A stretch of DNA of 64,000 nt from contig OZ219802.1 of NCBI GenBank assembly GCA_964291655.2, positions 384,001-448,000 on the forward strand. Reading direction: 5' to 3'. Below the pieces are notes generated by a model. The model saw only the letters and a program-made list of their open reading frames with translations, did not search any database and had not been told where the DNA came from. This DNA comes from Chloroflexota bacterium. GTDB lineage: Bacteria; Chloroflexota; UBA11872; VXOZ01. Below are positions 49,320-60,394 of this stretch, in pieces; the first letter of the stretch is position 1; every line of letters begins with the position of its first letter. The position numbers were made by a program, and so were the translations under genes.

Positions 49320-50297
49320 TCAGGATACAATTGCGGCGCACGTGGGAGACGGAAGACCGTTTCCTACCGGATTCCAGGCGAGGTCAGCAAATTCCGCGTG
49401 ATAGACCGCGTCATCTAGCACAACCGCAAAGACGTCCTGCGCGTCGCAGATGATATGTTCGCACATGCGGTCGAGAGGGAATGTGAGGTTTTGCTCGGCG
49501 TCCTGCCAGGTGTCGCCGCCATCGTGCGTCACCATCATGCGTCCGAGACGCCCGACGCGGCGGGACGGCCCAACCACGACAGTTGCGGGATCGTCCGCCT
49601 TTATGCACACGCCGCGAGTGTAGTCATCGATGAGGTGTTGCCAAGACTGTCCGCGGTCAACGGAACGGAACACGCCGCCCCCCGTGGCCGCTACGATAGT
49701 TTCCGGTTTGGCGGGATGTATGTCGATACTGTGGACGTCCGGGTGTAAGCCGTTTGCAGGAAACTCCCATTGACCGATCTTCTCCGAGATTCCCCACGTC
49801 GCGCCGTCATTGCGGCTGTCGGCTAAGCCACCGACCTCGATTGCAGCCCATACGGCCGGATCAGCGCCCTCCAGCATGATAATCTTCCGCACCGCGCCAG
49901 CGCGGGGCGAATAGGGCAGAAACCACTCGGCACACCCGGGAAGCGCCGTAAATCCACTCTCTTCCGCCCACGTCGCGCCGCCGTCGCGGCTGCAAGAAAC
50001 TCGAGCCGGTTCTGTGCCGACACGCACGACGTGCGGGTCGTGGGGATGGTAAGAAACCGAGCGGATGTAGGGACTGCCCTCCCAGGCCGCGATAGGTTCC
50101 CAGTTTTCTCCCCCATCGGCGGTTGAAAAGAGACCGGCGCCATGAGTGCCCGCGATGGCGTGCTGTCCGTCTGGATGGGCGGCTACCGCTTCGATTTCAT
50201 TGTCGCCGAGACCGGACGTCCGCCGAACCCAATCGTCACCTTCCCGTGTAAGCCGAAAGATGCCCTGCTCTGTACCGACATAGATTTGCTCCGCCAT
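49320..50297 (-). CDS. BNR/Asp-box repeat beta-propeller protein
   Basis: STADGGENW, SRDGGATW, SVDRGQSW, THDGGDTW, HPDVH motifs; start ATG 50297. Confidence 0.8.
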   Translation of the reverse strand: MAEQIYVGTEQGIFRLTREGDDWVRRTSGLGDNEIEAVAAHPDGQHAIAGTHGAGLFSTADGGENWEPIAAWEGSPYIRSVSYHPHDPHVVRVGTEPARVSCSRDGGATWAEESGFTALPGCAEWFLPYSPRAGAVRKIIMLEGADPAVWAAIEVGGLADSRNDGATWGISEKIGQWEFPANGLHPDVHSIDIHPAKPETIVAATGGGVFRSVDRGQSWQHLIDDYTRGVCIKADDPATVVVGPSRRVGRLGRMMVTHDGGDTWQDAEQNLTFPLDRMCEHIICDAQDVFAVVLDDAVYHAEFADLAWNPVGNGLPSPTCAAIVS

Positions 50298-50370
50298 GGC
50301 ATGCACCTCATGCATTTTCAGCAGTAATCTCGTCACTTAACTGGCAAGAACTCTCGGCACTCCGTTGCAC

Positions 50371-50592
50371 CTATTGCGTGAAGACATTCAGCACTGCCAA
50401 GATTGCAGTGCCTGCCGCCACAAGCCCCTCCAGGCGAATGGTCAGACGCTGTTCCAAGTCTCTGAGATTAGACTTGGTGGCCAGTGACTCTCCAGTTTCG
50501 CCCAAGGTATCCAGAATGGCCTCTGCCTTCTCCCTATCGAATCCAGCCGAGGTCAGCCTTTCGAACGCTCTGCGCGAGTCAAAGACTGCCAT
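50371..50592 (-). CDS. DUF1640/CCDC90-like small protein
   Basis: AVFDSRRAFERLTSAGF..AEAILDTLG...LATK.NLRDLE; paralog of 7595-7843. Confidence 0.72.
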   Translation of the reverse strand: MAVFDSRRAFERLTSAGFDREKAEAILDTLGETGESLATKSNLRDLEQRLTIRLEGLVAAGTAILAVLNVFTQ

Positions 50593-50613
50593 CGGTCACG
50601 TCCACGCGGCCGG

Positions 50614-51726
50614 TTATGTCGCGACGGCCCGCTCTGCCTGCTTCTGGGCCACAATCTCATCGACTTCCTCGATGAGCAGATCGAAGAGTTCATCTTCCCT
50701 GCAGCTTCGCACCGGCTTGCCCTTGCGGAAGAGGGCGCCCTTGCCGCGCCCGCCGGCGATGCCGACGTCGGCGTCCCGCGCCTCGCCGGGTCCATTCACC
50801 ACGCAGCCCATCACCGCGACTTTGACCGGTTCCTTGACGCTTTGCAGGAAGCTCTCGACGCGCTCCGCCAGCTCGATGAGTTCGATCTCGCAGCGACCGC
50901 AGGTTGGGCAAGCGATAAGCGTAGGGCCGTGCTCGCGGAGTCCCAGCGACTTGAGAATCTCATAGCCGGCAAAGACTTCCTCGGTAGACTCCGCCGCCAA
51001 CGAAACGCGCAACGTATCGCCGATGCCCTGATAGAGCAGGACGCCAAGTCCTACGGCGCTTTTCACCATGCCGGCCTTTAGCGTGCCGGCCTCAGTGATG
51101 CCCAGGTGGAGCGGGTATTCAACACGGTCGGCGATGAGTTGGTATGCGAGGATCGTGGTCGGTACGTCCGAGGCCTTAAGAGAAATCTTGATGTCGGTAA
51201 AGTCCATGTCTTCCAGGATCTTAACGTGATCGAGGGCGGACTCCACCATCGCCGCCGCCGTCTTTTCGACCTTCTCATCGCCTTCGAGCATCATCAATTC
51301 TGGGATGAGCCGCGATTCCAAAGAGCCGACATTGACGCCGATCCGCATCGGCACCTGGCGGTCCTTGGCTTCTTTCACCACCATGCGGGTCTTCTCTCGG
51401 CTGCCGATATTACCGGGATTCAGGCGCAGACCATCCACGCCCGCTTCCAAGGCTCGCAGCGCCAGGCGGTAATCGAAGTGAATGTCGGCAATAACCGGAA
51501 TCGGGGAACGTTTGCGAATCTCCGGCAGCGCGTCGGCGTCTTCCTTGTGGGGCACAGCCACGCGCACGATCTCGCACCCGGCCTCGGCCAGACCGAGAAT
51601 TTCCGCCACGCTTGCCTCCACGTCCCGCGTAAAGGCGGTGGTCATGGATTGCACGCGAATCGGCGCGCCGCCGCCAATCGTGACATCGCCGATCTTCAGC
51701 TGTTTGGATACACGTCGAGGGATCAT
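50614..51726 (-). CDS. ispG: 4-hydroxy-3-methylbut-2-en-1-yl diphosphate synthase
   Basis: VQSMT, ADIHF, RLNPGNIG, RIGVN.GSL, PLHLGITEAG, GIGDTLRVSL, CPTCGR, VMGCVVNGPGE. Confidence 0.96.
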   Translation of the reverse strand: MIPRRVSKQLKIGDVTIGGGAPIRVQSMTTAFTRDVEASVAEILGLAEAGCEIVRVAVPHKEDADALPEIRKRSPIPVIADIHFDYRLALRALEAGVDGLRLNPGNIGSREKTRMVVKEAKDRQVPMRIGVNVGSLESRLIPELMMLEGDEKVEKTAAAMVESALDHVKILEDMDFTDIKISLKASDVPTTILAYQLIADRVEYPLHLGITEAGTLKAGMVKSAVGLGVLLYQGIGDTLRVSLAAESTEEVFAGYEILKSLGLREHGPTLIACPTCGRCEIELIELAERVESFLQSVKEPVKVAVMGCVVNGPGEARDADVGIAGGRGKGALFRKGKPVRSCREDELFDLLIEEVDEIVAQKQAERAVAT

Positions 51727-52012
51727 GGGGTGTTGTAACCACCTTGATTCACGGCACGAGTACTCCATTAAGTTTGACGCATCTCACGGCGCGGCGCAAG
51801 CACAATTTCCTGCAACTTCAGCCTGCCAAAGGGGCGCAGCCCATTTCAGAACGGAGCAATTCGTGAGCTAGTACCGGATATCTGCCTCACAGGCGTTTGT
51901 GCTGGGGTAAACTGGCATGCCGGCGCCTCTCGCCTCTATTGCCAGACTCTTGATTCTGACAAGCACCTCCGCCACCGCAGGGTGGCCGCATTCAATCCTA
52001 ACAAACTGTTCC

Positions 52013-53524
52013 CTACCAGACGTCCGGATCGCGGACGACGACTGTGCCGACCATCTTGTCGTGCCAGGTCTGGCCGTTCTTGTCCCAGAAGGCGGACAAG
52101 AACCCCCACGTCAGGGGCAGGAGGCTGACGAATTTGCCGACCACCTCACGCCGCAGCATGGTCTTGAAACCGGGGTATCTATGCTGCGACAGTTGTACCA
52201 CCTCCAAACCGAACAACGACTTTCCTGGCGTGGTGCCGCGAACCAAGAAAGAGACAAAGAATATGCCGTAGACGATCGGCATGAAGAGATATTGCCAGAA
52301 TATGGTGAGAAAGTTGTAGCCATCCGCTGGATTGAAGCCAGTCAGTCCGAACAGCAGTATAAGACCCACCGGCACGGCGAAGTCCAACGACGCCGCAAGA
52401 AACCGTGGGAAAAAGTGGGCGCGGTGGCCGAGGTCTTCATTCTGAACAAACGTCTTGCACTCTGTACAGAACAAGCGCCCGTCGTAAACCGGAGTACGGC
52501 AGCGAGGACAGCGCAACCCGCCGACCTCCATGTCTTCGAGTACCAAGTCCTCCTCGGCTTCTGTGACGGCGAGGTCTTCCACCTCAACCGCCGTCAACCC
52601 CCGAATGCGCATGGCGCTTTCTTGCACACGCCTCATCTGGTCTGGGTGCCGGAAGTAGCCCTTCACCTGCGCCACCATTCTCTCTGAATCCACACCCGCC
52701 GACATGAAGGTGGCTCCCGTGAGGTCCGAGTCTTCGCCCTGCAGCAGTTCCATCAGTCCGATGTTCCGCCGGAACCAGACTTGCTGGCCCACGCGGCGGT
52801 CAAGTACGCGTACCATGAGCGGACGCCAGTACGTTTGGAAGAGAAAACCGGCCTGGACCCACACGGGCGTTAGCACGACGGAGGCTGAGAGACCGGCAAT
52901 GAGCGGCGGCGAAAAGGCAGCAGTGATTGCACTAATCGCCAACACATTGCCGCCCATGATCGCCAGAAAGGTATGAGGTTCGACATCTAGTGTGAATATC
53001 GACGTGAAGTAGAGGCGCATGCGCTTCTCGTGCTGCAGTGCGTCCCGTTGGACCGCAGCCACCACAGTCCCCAGAATTCCTCCCGCGATCACGACAACCC
53101 AAAGACGTCCGATGAGGACCGGGATGCCAAGCGCCATACTGAGCAAGAGTCCGCCGGCGTTAGTCAGCACGGAAGCGCCCGTGGTATCTGCCGTCAGCGA
53201 CGTCACGGCAAAAGCCAGCACAAGCATCACGGCAATGAAAATTCCAACGACCCTCGCCGACAGCAACTCTGGAATGAAGTAGCTCGTGATGCCAAGAAAC
53301 GCAATAAAGATTACAAGCCCCACGGCGGCAATGAGAATGCCAAAGTAGAAGGGACGCAAGAGCTCCCAGAGGCTGGCGAGCACCACGGCCAAGCCAATAA
53401 AGGCGCTTATTATGCCTATACCCCCGACAAATCCTGCAATCAGAGTCGAGCGGATGTCTGCCACCATAATGAGGACATCGTCCTCAGTGGCTGCTACAAG
53501 CTCCCGCCTATTGAAATCACGCAT
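52013..53524 (-). CDS. Multi-pass membrane protein with zinc ribbon and C-terminal RDD domain
   Basis: About 8 N-terminal TM segments, CPRC..CTEC, RFLAASLD, GTTPGK..FGLEVV, QTWHDKMVGTVVV; ATG 53524 after GGAGG. Confidence 0.75.
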   Translation of the reverse strand: MRDFNRRELVAATEDDVLIMVADIRSTLIAGFVGGIGIISAFIGLAVVLASLWELLRPFYFGILIAAVGLVIFIAFLGITSYFIPELLSARVVGIFIAVMLVLAFAVTSLTADTTGASVLTNAGGLLLSMALGIPVLIGRLWVVVIAGGILGTVVAAVQRDALQHEKRMRLYFTSIFTLDVEPHTFLAIMGGNVLAISAITAAFSPPLIAGLSASVVLTPVWVQAGFLFQTYWRPLMVRVLDRRVGQQVWFRRNIGLMELLQGEDSDLTGATFMSAGVDSERMVAQVKGYFRHPDQMRRVQESAMRIRGLTAVEVEDLAVTEAEEDLVLEDMEVGGLRCPRCRTPVYDGRLFCTECKTFVQNEDLGHRAHFFPRFLAASLDFAVPVGLILLFGLTGFNPADGYNFLTIFWQYLFMPIVYGIFFVSFLVRGTTPGKSLFGLEVVQLSQHRYPGFKTMLRREVVGKFVSLLPLTWGFLSAFWDKNGQTWHDKMVGTVVVRDPDVW

Positions 53525-53632
53525 ATCACGCGACCTCCACACAGTTAACGCACTGCATCCCTACTGTGCCTATGCTACCCCATTTCCACCGGAGTCGCTA
53601 AGTTTCGCACTCGGAATTAGGAATGAACAAGA

Positions 53633-55012
53633 TCATTCCTTCAAGTAAGATTCCAGCCAGTCTTGCCCGTGCTGCGCGGCTTGTTCCACGCTAATCTCAC
53701 CACGCGCCAGCGGCAGCGTCAGCCGCTCAAATAGCCGAATCGTCATCACGAGGCTGGTCGCCAACGGTGATGCCCGGGCGGTATCGACCAGATGAAACAC
53801 GAGTTCCCTGTCCTGGGGAGGCAGCATGAGTTCCAAGTATTCAGTAGAGGGTTTCTCAATGTGCTGCTGTCCCGCAATGACGGGCGGCATGAGGAGGTGC
53901 TCGCCAAGGTGAAGCGCAAACGGCTGCAACACCTCGTAGGAAAGGGCAGGGTCGCCCGCGACAGTAGGGATTGCCACTGCCTGCGAGACCGCGAGCGGCG
54001 TCACGTCCCGCGGCCCGGCCGGCAGCGGGGCTTGTTGGCCCGGCAGCATGTTGCTGGGAGGTAGATATGTCCAGAAGAGCATGCCGGATAACAAAGTGGT
54101 GAAGTCCGCATCAAAGTGGTCCGCGGTCACGGTTGAGCCATGCGGCATGATGCCGTGCACGCGCCCCAATTCATCCCAGAACTGAAGGCCGCGTAGCGCC
54201 GCGGACTCCGTCAAGCGCACTGCGCCGGTATCAAGGTTTATCACGTCTTCGTCCAGCTCCTGCAACAGGAACGGCAACCAACCTGAAAACAATTTCGCCG
54301 GATTGAACCCCCACGCATCCACAATCCCGTCACTATCTGTATCCTTTGTAAACTGCTGGGCAGCAGCGATGAATTGCTCACGGCTCCAGCCCTTGTCCGG
54401 CAGGGGAATGCCGGCACTGGAGAAGTGCTTCGGGACGTACCGCGCCACGCCGGCATCCAGCGCAACCGGCAGCGCCATGGTCTGGCTTTGATAGCGCACC
54501 AACTCAAGCGCAGCGGGGAGAAACTTCCCTAACGGTTCGGTGCGATCTTGCTGCAGGTACCGGTCGAGCGGCTGAACCAGGCCGCTCCCATATACCCAGG
54601 GAAAGTCAAAGAAAGTGTTGACCATGACCAGGTCCGGTGGTATGCCGGCAGACTCTTGTTCGCTCAGGAACGCCCTCAATGTGACCTGCGCGCGTTCGAT
54701 GAGTGCCAGCGGCTCGGGCGACCACGGAATGCCAATCTTGACGCGTTGTAGCCGGACATCCTCAGGAGCGCCCGGGACCCCGCCCTCATTCCAGCGCTCG
54801 ATGGCATCGCCGACGGTATTGCCGTGCCGGTCCAGCACAGCGGCAACCTTCAGCGTTACGGGCTCGCGGGCAACTTGCGGCACTGAGGCTTGCGGCGCCT
54901 CCGGCTCGGCGCGCGGCTGCTCCGCGTCGTCCTCATCGTCGCCACCGCACGCAGCCACGAGGAGCACCTGCGCACCAAGCAAAGCACTGCCGAGTATCTC
55001 ACGTCTCTTCAC
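53633..55012 (-). CDS. Extracellular solute-binding lipoprotein (family 1, sugar-type), Tat-like signal
   Basis: KRREILG, VAAC lipobox, PPDLV, PLDRYL, MALPV, GWS.EQF..AAQ. Confidence 0.8.
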   Translation of the reverse strand: MKRREILGSALLGAQVLLVAACGGDDEDDAEQPRAEPEAPQASVPQVAREPVTLKVAAVLDRHGNTVGDAIERWNEGGVPGAPEDVRLQRVKIGIPWSPEPLALIERAQVTLRAFLSEQESAGIPPDLVMVNTFFDFPWVYGSGLVQPLDRYLQQDRTEPLGKFLPAALELVRYQSQTMALPVALDAGVARYVPKHFSSAGIPLPDKGWSREQFIAAAQQFTKDTDSDGIVDAWGFNPAKLFSGWLPFLLQELDEDVINLDTGAVRLTESAALRGLQFWDELGRVHGIMPHGSTVTADHFDADFTTLLSGMLFWTYLPPSNMLPGQQAPLPAGPRDVTPLAVSQAVAIPTVAGDPALSYEVLQPFALHLGEHLLMPPVIAGQQHIEKPSTEYLELMLPPQDRELVFHLVDTARASPLATSLVMTIRLFERLTLPLARGEISVEQAAQHGQDWLESYLKE

Positions 55013-55189
55013 GAGAGGCTCCCCCCATAACTCAATTTGAAGCCGCAGACAACCGGCAGAATCACTGGAGCTTCAATGGCATAGTTTGACCGCTTACGAC
55101 TTGGATATGGCGCTTTCACATTGAGGCAATCACCTCCTACCCCTGTACTCTTTCCCAAGTGAATTAGCGCCAATTGGCAGCACCCTCAT

Positions 55190-56626
55190 CTACTCGTTCA
55201 CATAGGCTTGCAGCCAGTTCTGTGCCTCTTGCGCGGCTTGCTCTACCGCCATCTCACCGCGCGCCAGCGGCAGTGTTAGCTTCTCGAACAGTTGAAACTG
55301 CATCATAGTACTACTGGCCAGTGGCGATGGGCGGGCAGTTTGCAGTGCGTGGAACGCAAGCTGCCGGTCATGTTCCGGCAGCATGAGATTGATGTAGCCG
55401 GACTGTGGTTTCTCAATATACTCTTGTCCGGAAATAACAGGCGGGAGTAAGAAGCGCTCCCCGAGGTAGCTTGCCAGTGGGACCAGCGCCGCGTACGACT
55501 GGGCGGCATCGCGGGCGCTAGCGGGTATAGCCAAGGAAGCGCCCAAATACAATGGCGTAACGTCGCGCGGTCCGGTGGGAAGTGGAGCTTGTTTTCCCGT
55601 AGAGATGCTGGCGGGGGACGCAAAGTAATAGAAGAATGTGCTGGGATGCCGATTCCAAAATTGAAAACTGTAGAGATCCGCTGTCACATCGGCGCCATGG
55701 GGCATAATGCCATGCACTCTCCCCAAGTCATCCCAGAACTGCAGGCCGCGCAGGGCCGCTGGATCCGTGAGGCGCACTTCGCCGGTATTCAGGTCTACGA
55801 CGTCCCTATCCGTCTCCTGCATGACGAACGGCAGCCAGTTCACAAAGTTGTCTATAGGACGAAAACCCCAGGAATCGACTTTGCCGTCGTTGTCGGTGTC
55901 TTGCGTGAGTCGCTGTGCAGCGGCAATGAAGCCCTCACGAGTCCAGCCGTTCTCGGGCACAGGCAAGTCCGCATCTGCGAAGTGCCTGGGGTTGTACCGC
56001 GCGACGCCGGCGCCCAAGGAAACGGGCAATGCCATCATCTGGCCTCTAAAGCGCACCAAATCCAAGGCCGGCGGCAAGAACTTCGCTAAGGGATCGTTGC
56101 CGTCTTGCTGCAAAAGGCGATCAAGCGGCTGGATGATGCCGCTGCGGAAGGCCCAGGGGAAATCGAAGAGGCGATTGACCATGAGCACATCCAACGGCGT
56201 GCCGGCAGACTCCCGCTCGGCCAAGAATGCTTGAACGCGCTCTTGTATATGCTCGAGACTCTCCAGCGGCCCCTGCCGGGAGGAAATCTGAATCGTGAGG
56301 CGCTCTAGCAGGATTTCCTCAGACGCGCCGGGAAACTCGCCCCTGTTCCACTCATCAACGGCTTTACCAACCACAGAGCCGAATTCAACCAACATTGAGG
56401 CTAGCGTTAGCGTCGTCGTTTCTCGCGCCGGCTTGGGCACGGAAGCCTGCGGGGCCTCCGGTGCGGTCCGCGGCTGCTGGGCGTCGTCCTCATCATCATC
56501 GCCGCCGCAGGCAGCCAGGGCGACCGCCTGAGCGCCAAGAAGAGCGTAGCCAAGCCAAGTTCGCCTCGTGACTTTCCTGGCAAGAGTCGGCAGAAATGGC
56601 AGACTCCGAAGTCTCGTCGCAGTCAT
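55190..56626 (-). CDS. Extracellular solute-binding lipoprotein, tandem paralog
   Basis: TRRTWLG, LAAC lipobox; collinear similarity with 53633-55012; ATG 56626 after AGGAGG. Confidence 0.8.
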   Translation of the reverse strand: MTATRLRSLPFLPTLARKVTRRTWLGYALLGAQAVALAACGGDDDEDDAQQPRTAPEAPQASVPKPARETTTLTLASMLVEFGSVVGKAVDEWNRGEFPGASEEILLERLTIQISSRQGPLESLEHIQERVQAFLAERESAGTPLDVLMVNRLFDFPWAFRSGIIQPLDRLLQQDGNDPLAKFLPPALDLVRFRGQMMALPVSLGAGVARYNPRHFADADLPVPENGWTREGFIAAAQRLTQDTDNDGKVDSWGFRPIDNFVNWLPFVMQETDRDVVDLNTGEVRLTDPAALRGLQFWDDLGRVHGIMPHGADVTADLYSFQFWNRHPSTFFYYFASPASISTGKQAPLPTGPRDVTPLYLGASLAIPASARDAAQSYAALVPLASYLGERFLLPPVISGQEYIEKPQSGYINLMLPEHDRQLAFHALQTARPSPLASSTMMQFQLFEKLTLPLARGEMAVEQAAQEAQNWLQAYVNE

Positions 56627-56897
56627 GCGGGACCTCCTGAATTGCACACATTTCTCCGTGATTGGAGAAACCCCCATATTCGAGTATGTACCGCTATGTG
56701 GATGCAGTCAAGAGGATTCAGGAAGCGGTGCAAGACACTAGATTCCCTGCAGCAAGCGAAGACGGCGATTCAGAGTACCTCGCAGATGGTGCTCCAAACC
56801 TGCCTTTGTGTACAGAGAATTACTGCCAAGAAGGCGTCTCTGTCCGCCAGAATTTTGCAGGACTTTCCTAGGCGAATGCAGGTAGGTTAGTGGATTT

Positions 56898-56923
56898 GTG
56901 CTTCGACAGGCTCAGCACGAACG
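56898..56923 (+). repeat. CTTCGACAGGCTCAG-type palindromic repeat
   Basis: GTGCTTCGACAGGCTCAGCACGAACG, same family as 28269-28312. Confidence 0.6.
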
Positions 56924-56971
56924 CTTCGCAAAGCTAAGGGAATCCTGTCTTGCGAGATTGGGAAAGCGCCT

Positions 56972-58393
56972 TCAGGAGCGTGGCAAGGTGAATGTAAAGC
57001 GGCTACCTTCACCCAGAGTGCTCTCAGCCCGGATTGTGCCGCCGTGGGCCTCGACCAACTGCTTCGCGATGGTTAGTCCGAGGCCGGCGCCGCCGGTGCT
57101 GCGGGTACGTGAAGGATCGACACGATACAGCCTATCAAAGACGTAAGGCAGGTCTTCATTGGGGATGCCCTCGCCGCTATCGGCGACCGTCACCGATAGC
57201 TTCTCAGGATGCTGTTCAATAGAGACGCCAATCGATCCGCCCTCAGGCGTGTGCGTCACCGCATTCTGCAGCAGATTGTTCATGACCTGCTCAATACGCG
57301 TGCGATCGATATTGACGAGGCGACCTGCCGCCGCCTCGTCAGGCCTAGAGTCACCTGTCAATTCAATGCCCCTACTCTGTGCCTGCTGTCGAAAACTCTC
57401 CACCGTCCGTGTAATCACCTCGGCAAGAATCGCTTGCTCAAGATCTAGCTTAAAGTCAGCGGATTCGGTCTCTGCCAGCACACGGAGGTCCTCCACCAGC
57501 TTCGAGAGGTACATCGTTTGCTGGTGTATGTGCGCAATTGTGGCCTCGTCCGCATCTAAAATGCCATCGCGAACCGCCTCGACATAGCCCCGGATGTTCG
57601 TAAGTGGTGTGCGCAGTTCATGCGCCACATCGGCAACCATATTGCGGCGCTGCCGTTCGGCGTTTTCAAGTCCCTCGGCCATGGCATTGAATGTGCTCGT
57701 CAGTTCGCCAATTTCATCGCGCCCGGAGACAGTTACCCGTTGTGTAAGATCGCCTTTTCCCAGCTCTTGCGCCGCGGACGTCAGCCTGCGCACCGAACGG
57801 AGCATCCTCCGCGACAGCAATGACACCAGCAGAATTCCACCCAAGCCCGCACCAAGTCCCGACCACAGGAGCGAACGAAACGTCGTATCGGCAAATTGCC
57901 GCAGAGAGGGTTCCGTGATTTCCGCCAAAGTCTCGTCTGCGGCAGCCACCCTTCCCGGACCTCGAGACCGTCTGAACGTGGGGCGTGAAGCTACCGGGCC
58001 GACATGCACGGAACCAACGTCTACGTTATCCACGACTACGGGCACGGCGGTGTAGTTCTTATTCTCAAGGGAGCGTCTGCCATTGCTCGCTTGCTTTGGA
58101 GCATAGAGAACTTCGTCGTCCTCGTTGAGAATGCGGATGTCGCGGCCTGTCAGGTAACTCGCGCGTTCAACAATGGCTCCAACGCCCGTCCAACTGCCTC
58201 TAAGCTCATAGAATTCTGTGAACGCTTCATGAATTCTGGCTAGGTCGGCCTCATTGGTAGCGGCCCGCAAGTCCTCAACTTCCCTTTCCGCCGCAAGTCC
58301 GCTGATGAGCCCAACCGCCGCAAGCGCCAACATGAGTACGAAGGCGAACGCGACGATGAGGCGAAACTGGAGGCTGAAGAACCACCTAGTCAT
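56972..58393 (-). CDS. Sensor histidine kinase (BaeS-like)
   Basis: Two TM segments, HAMP, H-box [10 protein letters not shown]-box NLLQNA, DSGEGI, F.RLYRVD.SR, GAGLGL. Confidence 0.94.
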   Translation of the reverse strand: MTRWFFSLQFRLIVAFAFVLMLALAAVGLISGLAAEREVEDLRAATNEADLARIHEAFTEFYELRGSWTGVGAIVERASYLTGRDIRILNEDDEVLYAPKQASNGRRSLENKNYTAVPVVVDNVDVGSVHVGPVASRPTFRRSRGPGRVAAADETLAEITEPSLRQFADTTFRSLLWSGLGAGLGGILLVSLLSRRMLRSVRRLTSAAQELGKGDLTQRVTVSGRDEIGELTSTFNAMAEGLENAERQRRNMVADVAHELRTPLTNIRGYVEAVRDGILDADEATIAHIHQQTMYLSKLVEDLRVLAETESADFKLDLEQAILAEVITRTVESFRQQAQSRGIELTGDSRPDEAAAGRLVNIDRTRIEQVMNNLLQNAVTHTPEGGSIGVSIEQHPEKLSVTVADSGEGIPNEDLPYVFDRLYRVDPSRTRSTGGAGLGLTIAKQLVEAHGGTIRAESTLGEGSRFTFTLPRS

Positions 58394-59072
58394 TGCTAAA
58401 TCTATAGCCCACGCCGTACACGGTCTGGATGTGATCGGGGCCGCTCAGTGGCCTGATCTTCCGCCTGATGTTGGCAATGTGTGCGTCTACTGTCCGGTCA
58501 AAGCCCTGAAAGTCAAAACCAAGCACGCGATCTATGATCTGTTCGCGCGAAAACGTCCGCTCCGGTTCCTTGATAAGCATGACGAGGATCCCGAACTCGG
58601 TTGGCGTCAGGTCTGCTTTTTGGTCATCCGCGTAGACTTTCCGACGATGCAAGTCAACAGTAACACCGCTGTGCGCAACCTCCGCCGGGCCGCCCTCCAG
58701 TTCATCTTTGACGCTACGGCGGAGCACCGCCCGAATGCGCGCTGCCAGTTCTCGGGGACTAAACGGCTTGGTCACGTAGTCATCGGCGCCCAAGTCCAGT
58801 CCCTTCAAGCGGTCTTCCTCCTCGACGCGGGCCGTCACCATGACAATCGGCACCATAGACTCCTGCCGCAACGCCCGGCACACCTCGATTCCGTTAAGTT
58901 TTGGGAGCATGAGATCCAAAACCACCAGGTCCGGCTGGGCACTCCTGGCGAGCTGCAAGCCTTTGATGCCGTCGTGCGCATACAGTACCTTGTGCCCATC
59001 ACGCTGCAGATAGAGGCTGACCAGCTTTACGGTATCCGGATCATCTTCAACTATGAGTACTGTACTCGCCAT
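58386..59072 (-). CDS. OmpR-family response regulator
   Basis: [40 protein letters not shown]. Confidence 0.95.
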   Translation of the reverse strand: MASTVLIVEDDPDTVKLVSLYLQRDGHKVLYAHDGIKGLQLARSAQPDLVVLDLMLPKLNGIEVCRALRQESMVPIVMVTARVEEEDRLKGLDLGADDYVTKPFSPRELAARIRAVLRRSVKDELEGGPAEVAHSGVTVDLHRRKVYADDQKADLTPTEFGILVMLIKEPERTFSREQIIDRVLGFDFQGFDRTVDAHIANIRRKIRPLSGPDHIQTVYGVGYRFSND

Positions 59073-59312
59073 GTGAGACTTTCTCCGTATCTAAATGGAC
59101 TTTGCGGACCGCGCCTCTTCTCCTGCAGCCAATTCGGTCCTGACAAGAGCGAAAGGCGAGCCGGACCATGTTGGTCTTTCTCCACCCGCACGACATTCGG
59201 CTTTTGTTCTTCTCATTCCCCGTGGGATACACTCCTGCAATCCGGTGCTAGAGAGCGGTAAAGTCTTGGCACGGTCTTTGATTTGCTATCTCCTTTTAAG
59301 CATAACAACAAC

Positions 59313-59334
59313 TGTGAAGGAATTATGAAGGTTC
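59313..59334 (-). promoter_or_regulatory. Putative OmpR-type tandem box upstream of the response regulator
   Basis: Minus strand GAACCTTCATAATTCCTTCACA (11-bp period), 8 nt before TATGCT. Confidence 0.55.
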
Positions 59335-59457
59335 TACGGCAGCGAGCAACTCCTGGCAAGCGCCGGATCGGCAAGCCTGCCAGGAGTTGCTCATGGTGGT
59401 ACGTGTTCCAATGCACCGTACGATGCGAGGCGGGTGACGGTGCTTCAGTCCGCCACT

Positions 59458-60201
59458 CTAGTTGTCGTCCGAAGAATCTGTGGGAGTAGACGTGGGGGTA
59501 GCTGGGCCAGGCGTAAGCGTGGGCATTGCCGGTGTCAGTTCATTCTTATCCTGATGATATCCTCTGAAGTTAAAGAGCCCATTTTGGAAGGATGACCCGT
59601 TTCCCCGCTGCCAGCCATGGTTTCCGCCGCGATCGAATCGACCGCGCTTTTGGATAACATTAAGTTGGCCGGCGTACCGCTCGCGAATCTCGTCTGCCTG
59701 CTCTTGGGTGATACGGCCGCTGCCGACAAGCGTGTCAAGATACTGGGTCAAACTCTCCTCGGTCATGCCGGTCATCATGCCCATCTGCCCTTTTGAGGAG
59801 AAATGGCCGCGACCACTAGACGTGCCACGCCGATCCCATTCACCTCTCTTGCCGCCAACTGAGTCGCCGGCAAGCCAGAAGGAGTCCGGCCGAGCCGCGT
59901 ACCAATCGCGGAGTTCCTCAGCCTGATCCTCAGTGATCTGGCCGCTCTCCACCAGAGCATCGAGCCGCTGCCCGACCATCTCCTCGAATCGTTCGTCGCG
60001 CATCTCCTGCCGCGCCTGATCGAAGGCGTCTTGGACGCGCTGTTCATCCAACCCAAGAATGTCGGCGACTCGGGTAATCAACCCGCGTACGGATTGGTCT
60101 TCCCCGTTGCCACTCTCCTGTGCCAATGCGGTGCCGCCGCCAACACCCACTGCCAGTGCAAGTAACGCACATAGACCAATGAGCCAATGTCTTTTTCGCA
60201 T
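59458..60201 (-). CDS. Secreted helical protein with duplicated 'LVESGQITEDQAEELR' motif
   Basis: Signal peptide ending ALA-Q; repeats LDALVESGQITEDQAEELR / LDTLVGSGRITQEQADEIR; RBS GGGAGGT. Confidence 0.75.
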   Translation of the reverse strand: MRKRHWLIGLCALLALAVGVGGGTALAQESGNGEDQSVRGLITRVADILGLDEQRVQDAFDQARQEMRDERFEEMVGQRLDALVESGQITEDQAEELRDWYAARPDSFWLAGDSVGGKRGEWDRRGTSSGRGHFSSKGQMGMMTGMTEESLTQYLDTLVGSGRITQEQADEIRERYAGQLNVIQKRGRFDRGGNHGWQRGNGSSFQNGLFNFRGYHQDKNELTPAMPTLTPGPATPTSTPTDSSDDN

Positions 60202-60372
60202 ACTTTACCTCCCGTGATTAGAATTGCTCTGTCCGCCTCTCATTCGATCGTACTGAGGGATTGTCAAGGAATTTCGAACGCAAGCTCGCGGCAACCCATT
60301 GAGTGCCGCTATTCCCACTCTCGACTACCCAAAAACTTCATCCTTGGGGGATAGATTGACCCCAGACCGCCG

Positions 60373-60394
60373 GAACCTTCATAGTTAATTCACA
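60373..60394 (+). promoter_or_regulatory. Putative OmpR-type tandem box upstream of the DUF2231 gene
   Basis: GAACCTTCATAGTTAATTCACA, near-identical to the box at 59313-59334. Confidence 0.55.

Noticed and set aside
56642-56890. Small ORFs between the solute-binding gene and the kinase
   Set aside because: No RBS or domain motif; the region is likely the promoter of the solute-binding gene.
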